Origin: the human T2T-CHM13v2.0 reference genome, Homo sapiens
Reading direction: 5' to 3' (one strand)
Length of the DNA stretch: 64,000 nucleotides
Assembly (NCBI RefSeq): GCF_009914755.1
Contig: NC_060938.1
The notes beneath the pieces are model-generated. The model had not been told where the DNA came from and did not search any database. It saw nothing but the letters and a program-made list of their open reading frames with translations. How positions within the stretch are numbered: the first letter of the stretch is position 1; each line of letters opens with the position of its first letter. The translations under genes and the position numbers were made by a program. Positions 32,776 through 46,100 of the stretch are shown in pieces.

Positions 32776-33080
32776 GGCCCAGAATGGCAGCTGACGCCTA
32801 TAATTCCAGCACTTTGGGAGGCCAAGGCAGGTCAGGAGTCTGAGACCATCCTGGCCAAAAAGTGAAACCCTATCTCTACTGAAAATACGAAAATTAGCCG
32901 AGTGTGGTGGGGCATGCTTGTAATCCCAGCGACTCGGGAGGCTGAGGTAGGAGAATCACTTTAACACTGGAGGCGGAGGTTGCAGTGAGCTAATATCGGC
33001 CACTGCACTCGAGCCTGGACAACAGAGCTAGACTCCATCTCAAAAAACAAACAAACAAACAAACAAACAAAAACAACAAA
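32776..33080 (+). mobile_element. AluS-type element with a small left-arm deletion and (AAAC)n tail
   Basis: Alu dimer. 'ggcaggtcagg' lacks the usual 'ggatcac..ga' segment. Tail reads 'aaacaaacaaac'. Confidence 0.92.
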
Positions 33081-33799
33081 ACTTGCATTCTAGAATTCCA
33101 TTATGTTCCTTTGTTGAGGGTGGAGGTAAAAGAGTAATGCAGTTCTGAGAAGCAAATTTGCATGCCTTATTTATTTAAGGCTTTTCAGGTAAAGCATATT
33201 ACTTTCAAAATGCTATGTAAAATATGGCTAGTAAACAGTTTTGAAGAACATTATATTAATACTTTTCCCGATAGCTCTTATACAAGGCCCTTACTCACAC
33301 CCAGACCATTTCTTTCTTCTTCTTTTCATGGATCAATATTGGATATAATCACTATGTTTTACATATATTTCACCTTTATTATTTTTAGAATAATTCATTA
33401 ATTTTCCCAAAACTTTAGGGTCTACACACAGGCTTTTGCAGATCTATTTCACAATAGATCAAAATCTATACACTATTTCTTAAAGCAACTACTTGAAAAG
33501 AAATTGCAAAAATCAAAGCAAAACATAATCCTTTGCTCCAATTGAAAGTACAGTTAAAATAAATAAAAATGGAATCAATGCTGTATATGAAGTATGTAGA
33601 TAAAAATCTGCTATTTTTTTCATGAAAAGTTGGTCAGTTCTCATACATTAAAGCTACAGGTAAACAACTATGCCTCAGAAAAGTCACATATACAATTATA
33701 ATTATTCCCTAGTTTATGACACATCATCACATTCAGTGCATAAATTTTTCCTCTTTTTAAATTATTTATTTCTTTTTATTCCCAAATCCCTCTTTCATT

Positions 33800-34787
<988 letters not shown>

Positions 34788-34790
<3 letters not shown>

Positions 34791-34939
34791 CCCTGCTCTC
34801 TTTTTTTTTTCCTCCTCTCAACCTTCTAGGAACACATTTCACAAACCATAGTAAAAACTGCACACAACTGTACTGTACTACAGTTTGTGAAATGTGTTTC
34901 TAGAGACTTAACAAGAGAAACAAAAAGAGAGCAAGAACT
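34788..34939. repeat. Imperfect inverted repeat (29-bp core arms, 22-nt loop, extendable to ~65-bp arms)
   Basis: 34825-34853 'tctaggaacacatttcacaaaccatagta' versus the reverse complement of 34876-34904 'tctagaaacacatttcacaaactgtagta' (26/29). Confidence 0.9.
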
Positions 34940-35994
34940 AATAAACAACTTATATTAGAATCAATTTAGGTCTCTATTAAAACTTTTATTTCTGGTCCCC
35001 AGATCCCAAATTCTATATTTTAATAGTTCATTGGGTGTATCTTATGAAAACTAAATTATGAGATCTAATGAAATTTGTTTTATTTCCCAAATAATAATTT
35101 ATTGCTATGAGACAGTGGAAGAAAAATGCTAAGAAACAATGCAGGATGTTAAGCTATATAAAGATAAAGCTGGTTTGTAATCTAATATGATAAATAAATT
35201 AACATTTCCATAAAATTGGGCTGCTATTCTTTTCTCTTCACATATTGTATTAGATATACAATGTAATAATACTTATAAATTTCACTGAAAACATTTTAAA
35301 ACATCGAATATGTAAAATGAAGTTAAGATTCACTTGTTAATGGTTTGCATTTAGACATTGCATTTATGTATTATTTATTTTCTATCTATCTGGAATTTAT
35401 ACTTATAGAAACATAAAATTGTAAATTGCACATCTTTTTGGCACTGAATAGAAACGTAATAGAAGTTATAGGCTATAATCAACAGCTGCCATTTGATAAG
35501 GAAGATCTCTAATAACAATGGACATCTTTGGCACATTACACAGTTGATTTGAAACAACAACCCTAATATATATAAGGATTTTGAACTTATGACTCAGATA
35601 TTAAACATTTTTATATGGACTAAATTAATGAGGGTGTTACAGACATTATTTGGACTCAACGATATAATCTATACTTACAAGAACTTTGATTTTCTTCTCT
35701 TTGATTCTGTAAGGAAAATAACTTCAAGGATGTGGTTGCTGTAACTTTAGTAAGCTCAATTGGTATAGAAAATTGTATTTTTTTAATAACTTGAGAACAT
35801 AGTTAAAGATATTTCCTCATAACAAAAATTTATTTTACAAAGAAAGCTAAAATTTTTCTAAAATATTATACTTAAAACATAGTGTAGGTTCTTGTTTACC
35901 CCAATATACTCTATAATAAGTATTGATCTTAAACTCTTAAATGTCAATATAACTTGCCTTTAACATGTAAATTCACAATCAACCTGTGATAGGT

Positions 35995-36100
35995 GTACTA
36001 GACTTTCCCACATCCAGAAAAGTGAGAAATCAATTTCTATTGTTTACAAATTTTCCGGTCTGTGATATTTTCTTATAACAGCACCAACGCACTGAGATAC
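35995..36100 (+). mobile_element. MaLR LTR 3' fragment (MLT1A/MST-like)
   Basis: 'tccagaaaagtgagaaatcaatttctattgtttacaa...gtctgtgatattttcttataacagcacc...ctgagata'. Confidence 0.65.
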
Positions 36101-36413
36101 CACGTATCTCATGTAACTTCCATCAAAACTGTGATATTACTTTTTTTTAATACCTAAAGGAAAAAAAGATATAAATGTCATCTACATAGAAACTGAAACC
36201 CTTGAAGAGTGTCAACTTCTCTTCTGCTTGTTTTTATTGTCTAATTGGTAATGCACTACAGGACCCTAAATAGACCAAATTAAATTTTATAATATTTTCC
36301 ATCATGATGTTCATTATTAAATAGATGAATTTTGTGGGAGGGAATAGTTATATTAGTTACCAATGTAACATTTACAAACCGGTTTAGAATGTTACCAAAA
36401 GAAATACATTCAT

Positions 36414-36768
<355 letters not shown>

Positions 36769-36969
36769 TCAATTGAGAATACATGTTACTTCATTTCTAT
36801 TTGCTGGGAACAGTGATATGTCAGACACACACTAAAAACCAGTTTACAGAAATGCAATCTAGCCTTAAGAAGTTTTGTATATGAAAATGTAAGGTTTGGT
36901 AGTAGAATTAAATGTAAAATAGCTAATAAAATTAATTTAGAACATATGGATTGAGCATAATGAATAATA

Positions 36970-38001
36970 AGATAATAACAACAGACCTGGAAATGCAAGA
37001 TATACAGAATAGCCTTGGATAAATGTGTGACTCTAGAAAAAAAATGTTTAGGGCATTTTTACACAGATTCTTCCTTCGATACTGTCTTCCACAAAACACA
37101 AAATGTATGGATAATGTCATTAAAATTAATAATCTATAATATTATCATGTAAAAATAACTAAAAGATATAAATGAATATCCAGATATTTCAAATTACTTC
37201 TACTAAAAAAATTACATTATTTCTATTAAGATGATTTTTTCTTTTTTAGTAGTTTGGAATAATAATGTGAAATAATTATCTGTTGCTCTAAATTTGGTTA
37301 CTCCTCAAGCAAATATTGAAACAAGGACTGGGTACAAGAAGCTTATCTATAATGTAATTTAAGTGTGTGCAGTTAGAGTAGTAAATGTGAGACAGGGAAT
37401 GGAGAAAAGCCAGCAACATGTATTAATGAGTGGAACGTCCTTGTGAGAAACAGGGATGAAACACACTGGGAGCCTAAGTGACTATCTGTAACATACCTCT
37501 GAATTGTCCTACAAGAGGATGGATGAGTATGTGGTGAGGTTTGCCCCAGGGACAGTTACTTCTTCACTCTTCTAGGCTTCAACAATCTCACACAGTATCT
37601 GAGAAAGCACCCTCCCAAATTTCTAGCAGAGAAGCTGAGCCATTCAGGCATTTAAATAGGAAGCTACGAATATACTGAAATGGTCTATCACAACTTCAGG
37701 TTATGCAAATGGACCAAGGGGATGTCAGACAGGGCATCAACAGGATCTGCTGCAATTGATGATTTTGAATTCACGTTTTAGATCTATGTAGTGTCACCAA
37801 GTGTCAAAAATACTCTATCTTGCTTCTTCATGTAAATGGTTTAATTTAATTATATCATCTATAAAACCTGTGATAAATTGATTAAGTCTATGGATTTTTT
37901 TTTCATTACTGTGCGGGCAAAAAGTCAAAAAGAATCTGACTAGATAAGTACAACAGACCTGGAAATGCAAGATATACAGAGTAGCCTTGGATAAATTTGT
38001 G
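36970..38001 (+). repeat. Dispersed 60-bp direct repeat pair (36970-37029 and 37942-38001)
   Basis: Both copies contain 'acaacagacctggaaatgcaagatatacaga.tagccttggataaat'; 56/60 identical. Confidence 0.92.
37281..37753 (-). mobile_element. LTR16-family (ERVL) solo LTR
   Basis: 'tgttgctc...gaaacaaggac...gtgagacagggaa...gaattgtcc...ccaaggggatgt...gggcatcaacaggatctgctgca', with TG...CA ends. Confidence 0.7.
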
Positions 38002-39394
38002 GATCCAGTAAACGCTGCTCTGTGAGACTTGGGTGCCAGAAACTTTTAAATTTTCCCCTCAAAAAGCTAAAGAAAAAATTGAATACAAGTAATTTTTTTG
38101 TCCCTAACTCTTTTTGTGTTATAAGTGTCTGGCATATCATTTTCCAGAAATCAACTTTGTGTTAGAAAACCCTGACTCTTTTCATGAAGGAAGTAAAAAA
38201 CTCAATGTTGAATATCTCAACTGAATTTTCTTAAATTTAATTAAAAAATTCTTAGTGTTAAGTTTTATTATAGCAGAATGGTCAGAATTATATTTAAAAA
38301 ATAGAAATAGATGTAACATTTTGCACTAGAGTAAGAAGGTGTATAGGAGTGAAATGTAAAACAGTTATACCTGTTATTCAGCTTGAACTTCAAAAACACT
38401 CATAAATACTTTATACTTAAAATTAGAGAATGTCTGTGTTGAGAAGATTGCCAGGTACCCTTTAAACTACGTAATTACGTGCTTTCTTCAAATTCAATAG
38501 GAAAAGCAGAATGTTCATCAAAGCAAGTAAGAAACTTCATGCATAATTTCTCAGTCATTCTAATGAAAATTCTGTGTTTAACTCCCCAAGCTCTCAATAA
38601 GTACATGTTTTAAGAAAATGCTTTAATCTATTTAATTGTTTTTGAAGTTTGATATTTCTTCTTTGAAAATGACTTTGCTACTAAGTTGTTTTTATTCATT
38701 CTGAAGAAGCAGAGCATAGCCATTCTATTCACATTTTAAGCAAATGTCTTTAACGAAAAACATCAAGAAAAGCAAATACCATTATAGAATAACAATTAGA
38801 ATGTTGAAAATCCAATAAAATATAATAAAGATGTTACTTGCAAGTGTATAGCTCAATATTAACATATTCATGTCACTACAAACATCAAAATAGTATGTTT
38901 TGTTTTCTTTCATTTTGTAGAATTTTTGTGCTCTGGAGACTTAATGTCGTCTTCATAAAAAAGGAAAAATTTAGATTTGACACATTTTAGTCTCACTTTT
39001 TTGGCCCCAAAGAGGGAAAAATATTATGGATTTCTGATTTATCATAAGATTCATAAAATTAAAATCTTTACACAGAATGTCTTATACCTAATTAATGATT
39101 TTGGCAAAAAGAAAAGGAAATTATCAAAGACATGCTATAACAAGACTCCCGAAAATAAAATGGCATGGGTTTCCACATTTCAAAGGCCATCGGTTACCAG
39201 CACAATGGGGGGAATAAAAATTATGCCACAATATTAGAAAACTGAATGACAGCATCTTATTAAGTCCACTCCTAGTTAATCCATCCACTCCTGGGTAATT
39301 ATGCAATAGAAAGGGAAATATATGCCTGCACAAAGACTTGTTTGTAAATGTTCATGGCAACTGTATTCGAAATGACAAATATCCAAAACCACCC

Positions 39395-40733
39395 TGTGAT
39401 ATTGTGAAATATATATTTGGTGTTCTTTCCTGTTTCCTGGCATACAATTCCTAAAATCCTTGGAATCTCCAAAGTGCTGTCTTTTCGTATCCAAATGTTG
39501 ACTGATAGATTCAGAATGGAGCTTCTCAGGAGAAAGACAAAGGTAGGATTAGAGGGTTACAACTCTCAGTCAGGGCCTAAAGCCAAGTTGTTCACCCATG
39601 GCCAGTAGTTTAATTAATAGTGTCTACTTAATGAAGTCTCCATAAAAATTCAAGAGAGCAGGGTTATGAGAAGCTCAGAATAGTTGAGCCAGTGGGAGTT
39701 CTTGGAGAGTGATGAGCCTGGTGGTGGTGAGGCGGGCAGATGGGAGCTCTGTACCCCTTCTCCGATGACTTTCCCTATGCATCTCTTCATCTGTTATCTT
39801 TTGTAATAATCCTGTAAATGTTAAGTGCATCCCCAAGTTCTGTGAACCACTCCAGCAAATTAGTCAAACCTGAAGAGAGGATCATGGCAATCTGAACTTG
39901 AAGTTAGCAGTCAGAAGTTTCAGGGGAGGATTTGCAACTGGTGGAAAAGAGGGGCAGTTTTGTAAGACTGAGCCCTCAGTGTGTTGTGTCTGGATCCAGA
40001 CCCCAAGAGAGAATTCTTGGATCTTGGGCAAGAAAGAATTCAGGGCAAGTCCATAGAGTAAAGTGAAGGCAAGCTTATTAGGAAAGTAAAGGAATAAAAG
40101 AATAGCTACTCCACAGACAAAGATGAACCAAGGGTTGCTGGTTGCCCATTTTTATGGTTATTTCTTGATAATATGCTAAACAAGGGGTGGGCTATTCATG
40201 CCTCTCTTTTTTAGACCAGATAGGGCTAAACATCAACTTCTTGACATTGCCATGGCATTTGTAAACTATCATTGCACTGGTGGGAGTGTAGCAGTGAGGA
40301 CGACCAGAGGTCAGTCTCGTTGCCTTCTTGGTTTTGGCTGGCTTCTTTACGGCAACCTGTTTTTATCAGCAAGGTCTTTATGACCTGTATCTTGTGCCAA
40401 CCTCCTATCTCATCTTGTGACTTAGAATGCCTTAACCGCCTGTGAATGCAGCCCTGTAGGTCTCAGCCTCATTTTACCCAGCTTCTATTCAAAATGGAGT
40501 TGCTCTGGTTCTAATGCCTCTAACAAATGTGCAGGATCTGACACTATCTCTGGGTAGACAGTGTCACAACTGAATTGAAGGACACCTAGTTGTGTCCATT
40601 GCAGCATAGACTGCTTGTTTAGTGGTGGAGAGAACCACCACCCACATTTGGTCACAGAAGTCTTCTGTGTTAATTATTGTTGTGGTGGTGTGAGAGCAGA
40701 GAAAAAACACATTTTAAGTGTTTTCCCCAAACA
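39395..40733 (+). mobile_element. MER21-family LTR, interrupted by MER41
   Basis: Starts 'tgtgatattgtgaaatatatatttgg'. Contains 'ggatctgacactatctc' and 'cccacatttggtcacagaag'. 5-bp TSD 'caccc' (39390-39394, 40734-40738). Confidence 0.85.
39981..40525 (-). mobile_element. MER41A-like ERV1 solo LTR
   Basis: Reverse complement begins 'tgttagaggcattagaaccagagcaactccatttt' and ends '...ggggtctggatc'. Lacks the tandem GAS segment found in MER41B. Confidence 0.88.
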
Positions 40734-42567
40734 CACCCAAAGACACATCAACTAAAATATATAAACAAATTACGGTATCTTCATAAAATGTAATACTACT
40801 CATCAACAACAAGAAATAAAGTACTGACAAAACAACAGTATGGATGAATCTCAAAAGTAGTATGCTAAGTTAAAGAAAAGAGACACTAAAGACTGAAATT
40901 CTAGAAAAGTCTAAACTATGTAACAAGATGACTGAAATATTCTAACTGTTGATTGCAGGGGTAGTTACATGAATTTACATATTTCCCTAATCTCATAAAT
41001 TAATTAAAAGTAGATAATTTTACTAAATATATATTTCACCTCAAAAAAGTGAATATGCACCAAGACATGTTACTGTACAATCTTAGAATTCTAGGAACAA
41101 AGACAAAATGCCAAAAAACTTCTGGAAGGAAAAACAAAATAAAAGGGAGCCAAAGGATTGCATAAACAAAAATTTAGAATGCTATGCAGCAACAAGTTTT
41201 CTACATTGAATTTTGTAACTGAATGATTTATCAATATAAATATAAACTACATTTGCTTCCTGGCTTGCAAAGGGCAAAAACAAACAACAACAGCAACAAA
41301 GACAAAAAAAAGTTCCCGTTCACTTATTTCCAGAAAGATACTGGCCAATGTACTGCAATAAAACAGATTGAGTATACAGGAAAACACTGACATATGTAAA
41401 GCAAGGAAGAGGGGACTCAAATATTTAGCGATGGGAGGGGGATTTCCCAAGATGATAATGAAGGACTTCCAGTCAGGGAAAGTACCACTTAAAGTATTAG
41501 CCTGAGGCACCAGGGAAAGTTGTTTTGAAAAACTGCCTAAGCAGGAAGCCATTGAAATTTTCAAGAAACTCAAGGAAGTTCTTTCCAATTTCAGCTGCAG
41601 CTGCGGGAAGACTGGTTTTATGGACACTACTGCTTTTTTTTTCACACAGACCCAAGCATCTGGCTACAACAACCTTCTCCAGTAAAATCTTCACCTTTTC
41701 GTCTGCCTTTTAAATCTACAGCAGTGTCTCTCACTAGCTAACTCTAATTTAAAACTGTAAGAGTAAATATATGTTGGGAATTGTAGGTGCTACATTCTCT
41801 TCTAAACTGCAGAAGAAAATGTTGAAGAGTTGGTGTTGATGCCAAGTTCTTAATGATCCAGCACTGATCTCTTCCAGGAAAAAATAATGTAATAAAAATT
41901 ATGCTATATGGAAACAGTTAAAATATTTATTACAAAATTCATCCATTAAGCTTAGAAAACTAAGCCAATGAAAACATTAATGATTAACTCCAAAAAAATA
42001 AAATTTTCTCAAGAAATAAAAAATCTTGATAGTGTACTACAAGGCTTGGCTTAATTTTTATGTCAATGTATAATATAAACATTAAATTATGAGAATCAAA
42101 TACTTATTTATAACTATATTTGAACAATGGGGAGGAAAATTATTATTTGTATGTTGGTTGGGGAAGGATGCAAGATAATACCCAAGTACTTATATTTTAT
42201 TATAGATGCTAATAAATGATATGCAACATTTGAAGAAAAATAAGTTCCACTGGCACAAGATTACAGCAATTTCCTTGCCACTTATTGATCAACAGCCAAG
42301 CCATCTGCAACATGGTCTGGATCTCAGTCCCAGGAGGAGTCTTATTTAGGTGCTTCATCTACTGCCTCTTTTGTCTATTCTTTTTGTGTTATCTTCGCCA
42401 ATTCTTCATTACTCTAATCTCAAATTATAGTTATTAATTCATATATTAGTTTCTCTGTGATGTTCAAATTACTTATTGTGTTTTGACTCCCTATTAGTCC
42501 TAACCCATGCAAACTTTAAAATTACTTTCTTAAAATATCATAAATATACAAAATTGAATGTCAGTTT

Positions 42568-43088
42568 TTAAACCAAATAAAAGTTAAGCCTCCCTAACTA
42601 TATGAATGGACCCCTTCTCCCTTTTGGAGTTCAGGAAAAGCCAACCAGCATTAATATCAACATAGACCTTAAGTCTGATAAGAAATATTTGCAATCTATT
42701 CTCTCTGAAGACCTGCTACCTGGAGGTCTCATCTGCATGATGAAACCTTGGCCTCCACCACCCCTTATTATTACCCAGACATTTATTTATATTGATAATA
42801 ACTCTTTTAACCAATTGCCAATCAGACAATTTTTAAATCCACCTATGACATGGAAGCCCCCTCCCTTTCTATTTGTTCCACCGTTTCAGATACAACCAAT
42901 GTAAAGCTTACATGTATTGATTGATGTATTGTGTCTCCCTAAAATGTGTAAAAGCAAGCTGTACTCCAACCACCTTGGGCACATACCATCAAGACCTCCT
43001 GAGGCTGTGTGATGGGCACATCTTTAACCTTGGCAAAATAAACTTTTTAAATTGATTGAGACCCGTCTCAAATACTTTTGGGTTTACA
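42568..43088 (+). mobile_element. 5' LTR, MER4 family
   Basis: 'taaaccaaataaaagttaagcc...tgaatggacccc' through 'aaccttggcaaaataaact...aaatacttttgggtttaca'; contains AATAAA. Confidence 0.88.
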
Positions 43089-43091
43089 AAT

Positions 43092-43109
43092 TGGTAACCA
43101 CAGAAGAAT
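43092..43109 (+). other. Degenerate primer-binding site, possibly tRNA-Arg type
   Basis: 'tggtaaccacagaag' starts 3 nt after the LTR end and resembles TGGCRACCACGAAGGGA. Confidence 0.55.
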
Positions 43110-46100
43110 TCTGAGTAGAGGTGTCCCTGACTTTGAACAAATCTCCTATTGGTACTTGGTACCAGCTTGAGTTATCCTTACAGCTCAAACCAACAGGACA
43201 ATTTGCTGAGGTATGGGAGCTCCCCCACCCCCAGAGAATTCCTGATCTTCCCAAATTTGGTTGAGATGAGAGGTTTATTTTGCTGTACAACTCCTTTTCT
43301 GGAGTTTTACTTGCTTCCAACAAGGAAGGCGAGTTTTTCTGCTTCCATGACAATGGAGAGCAAGTAACCCCTTTCTGGAGTTTCAGCTAATTTCCAACAG
43401 GGAAGGTGAGTTTGAGAGGTTTTTTTCTTCTTGCTTCTAAGATGGTAAAGCGCAGTCTTGAGCTGGGGCCCCATTCCTAGGTAAGTAGCTGAATTGGGGA
43501 GTTTTGTCTTAGAAATTGTCCTCAATGACTAAAAGTTAAAATTGCCAACCAACTGGTCTTAATTTATCTAATTACATTAGAGTGCTCATTAATCATATTG
43601 TTGGGTGTTTTTTTGTTGTTGTTGTTGTTCCAGTCTTTCTCTCATCGAATTTGACCAACGCTACCTGACTTGATCTAATCCGAGTGAGAATTTCGAATTA
43701 TAGGGAACAAGACCTCTGAATTGGCTAAAATTCCTCACAGCTGCAACCGCAGCAGCAACAACAACAAAGACATGCATTTGGTTTCTGTTTGCTTCTTGTC
43801 TTAAAAACTTGTTCTTCTGTTTCCTTTTCTTCCACTTTATTCCTCCTTCCACCTTTGCCATCTTTGGTACCAAGGAAAATCTAGAGAAGGTTTCTAATGA
43901 TTCAAACCCCTTAAATAACACAGAACAAAGGCACGACTCACTCCTTTTGGGGGTGTTCTTTTTAGTTTGTTGAGTTTCAAGAGTCATGGACAGATTCTTC
44001 TTGGGTCTACAGCCCTGCTTTCTTGTATTACATTACCTGACCTCTTTGACTTTTGGGTACCAGAGATTACCTTGTAATATGAGAAGATTTGACCTTGGCA
44101 AAAGAGAGTTAGGGGTGGCTGAGGACAGTCTAGATAAAGTGGTCTTAGCTGTGGGATCCTCCCCCCAGGAGGTTGTCGTTTAGGATCTTAATTCTAATTT
44201 GGAGGTGCATTCTATAGGATTTTCTCCATCACTTTTTCTCTCCAAATTAAGCTTGGTTGGCTTGTATGTGCATTTGCATGAGAAACTAAACTGTCATTTT
44301 TATAGTTAAATGAGAGACTGAGTTTCCTCAGCTCCAAAGAGGCAAGGCATTTTGCTCTTCTCGGCCAAAAGGTGTCCCTGAGTGACCAAGGGCCAACTGC
44401 AAATGTCTGGGGGGTTGACACCCCATGATATACAGCGGCCCTACAGGGAGCCCTAAACAAAATTAGCTTAAAAGGGAAATGCATATAGGAGCTGGGCGCT
44501 CAACATTTTGAGGATTTTTGAAGGTGCAATACTTCTATAGAGAGTAACTGAGACATGTAAGAGGACAGAAACAACTCAATGGTGACACCCTGTGGAGTCC
44601 CACCTACAACCAGCACATTTCAATCTACTACACTAAACCCTAGGTCACAGCTCAGTTCCTCCCTTTAGGGAAAAAGAAGGAGAAGGAGAAGACAAATAGT
44701 CTAAGAATGAGAAAACTCAAAAGGAATGGCTTCCTTTTGGGTACCCCGTTAGTCTTATGGCACCTATACTTGCAAGTGTTTGTGTAAAATGAGAAATTTC
44801 AAAGGCATGTCAGGTTTTTCTAGTACTCCAGCTGGTCTATATATTATAATCTGTTTTGCACATTTGAAACTGATGGGCAAATTACATCAAGAAAAAATTC
44901 AGAGCCCCAAAGTCCACCTGCAACTATAGAGTTCCTAAGTTCTCTATTTATTTTATTTTCTGCCTGCTTTACATCAGATGTTACTTTTCTATTGAGATAA
45001 AAACCAGTTTAGATACAACTTTTTTTTTTCCTTCCCAAACTGGTGAGTTTGTATGAATATCTCATAGCTATGGTTCTGAAGCAAAAGCTACAGGATCTTT
45101 GTTTATATGAGTGTGTATGTATGTTTTATGTGTACGTACACATATTTTGTTACGTGTTTTTGGCCACTAGGTACCAAATTGGCTTAAAGTTAAAGAGTAT
45201 GCATAAATTAAATAAGAAGCCCAAATGCTTTTCAAGTTCATGTGACTTAAGTAAAATCCTTAATAAATAACTGCCTTTAAAAATATTAGTAAAGTAGTAT
45301 TGGAAATGTCTTAAGATTGTCAGCATTTTTATTTTCATTAATTAATCAAGCAGTTTTATACTTATGGGCACAGAATACTATTATAAGCTTTCAAAATTTG
45401 CCAAAACACTTATACAATTATAACCCCATACCAAAACAGAATGATCTTTCCTTGTGTAAATTTTAATAAATAAAACTTTTTTTTTTGTTTAATGAAAACA
45501 GATAAATTCTGAGTTATGGGTAAAATATCTGTATTTTTAGCCTTAAGATTTTACTTAGGTGAACAACTGAAATTCATGGGCTTTAAAGATAGTTTACAGC
45601 AAAATAACTTTAAATGATAATATTCAGAGTTTTTATAAGTAATCTAGGTAAACTATTAAATAACCAGGTAAATGTACTAGAATAAATGCTTGTAAACAAA
45701 CTTGTCAAATAATTTAGAATCTAAGGTTGTATTAAATAATAGATATTATTTCTGCCAGCTTTATATCTGATGTTACTTTTAATTAATATTTTTAATTAGT
45801 TAAATGGGTAATTACCAAATTAAAAATTATCGAAAAAACATTTTTTAAAATGTTTTTATTAAAAGGTGAATATTTTTTGTCTAATCCAAAGGTTATTTAA
45901 GTTATATATAAAACAAGGTGAAATGAACCAAGAAATAAGAGAGATATAAAGAAAGTTACAGATATGAAGAGGTATTTTTGGTAAGAAATCTTAAAAGAAA
46001 AGCAATATCATATAAGAAAAAATCTTGCATGATGAATTTTTGTCCTAAAATGAAATGATTCATTGTTCAAAAAAGAGGAATATTTAAGACAAACCAGAAA

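Larger units (their letters stand above)
39270..41050 (+). mobile_element. Ancient L1M 3' remnant split by MER21 (pieces 39270-39394 and 40739-41050)
   Basis: 'ccactcctgggta...cacaaagacttg...aatgttcatggca' continues after the LTR as 'aaagacacatcaac...atggatgaatctcaaaag'. Confidence 0.65.

Noticed and set aside
41247-41713. Overlapping 62-132 aa ORFs and two + strand acceptor-like sites
   Set aside because: No recognisable protein, no strong paired donor, and partly overlapping decayed L1/HAL1-like sequence.
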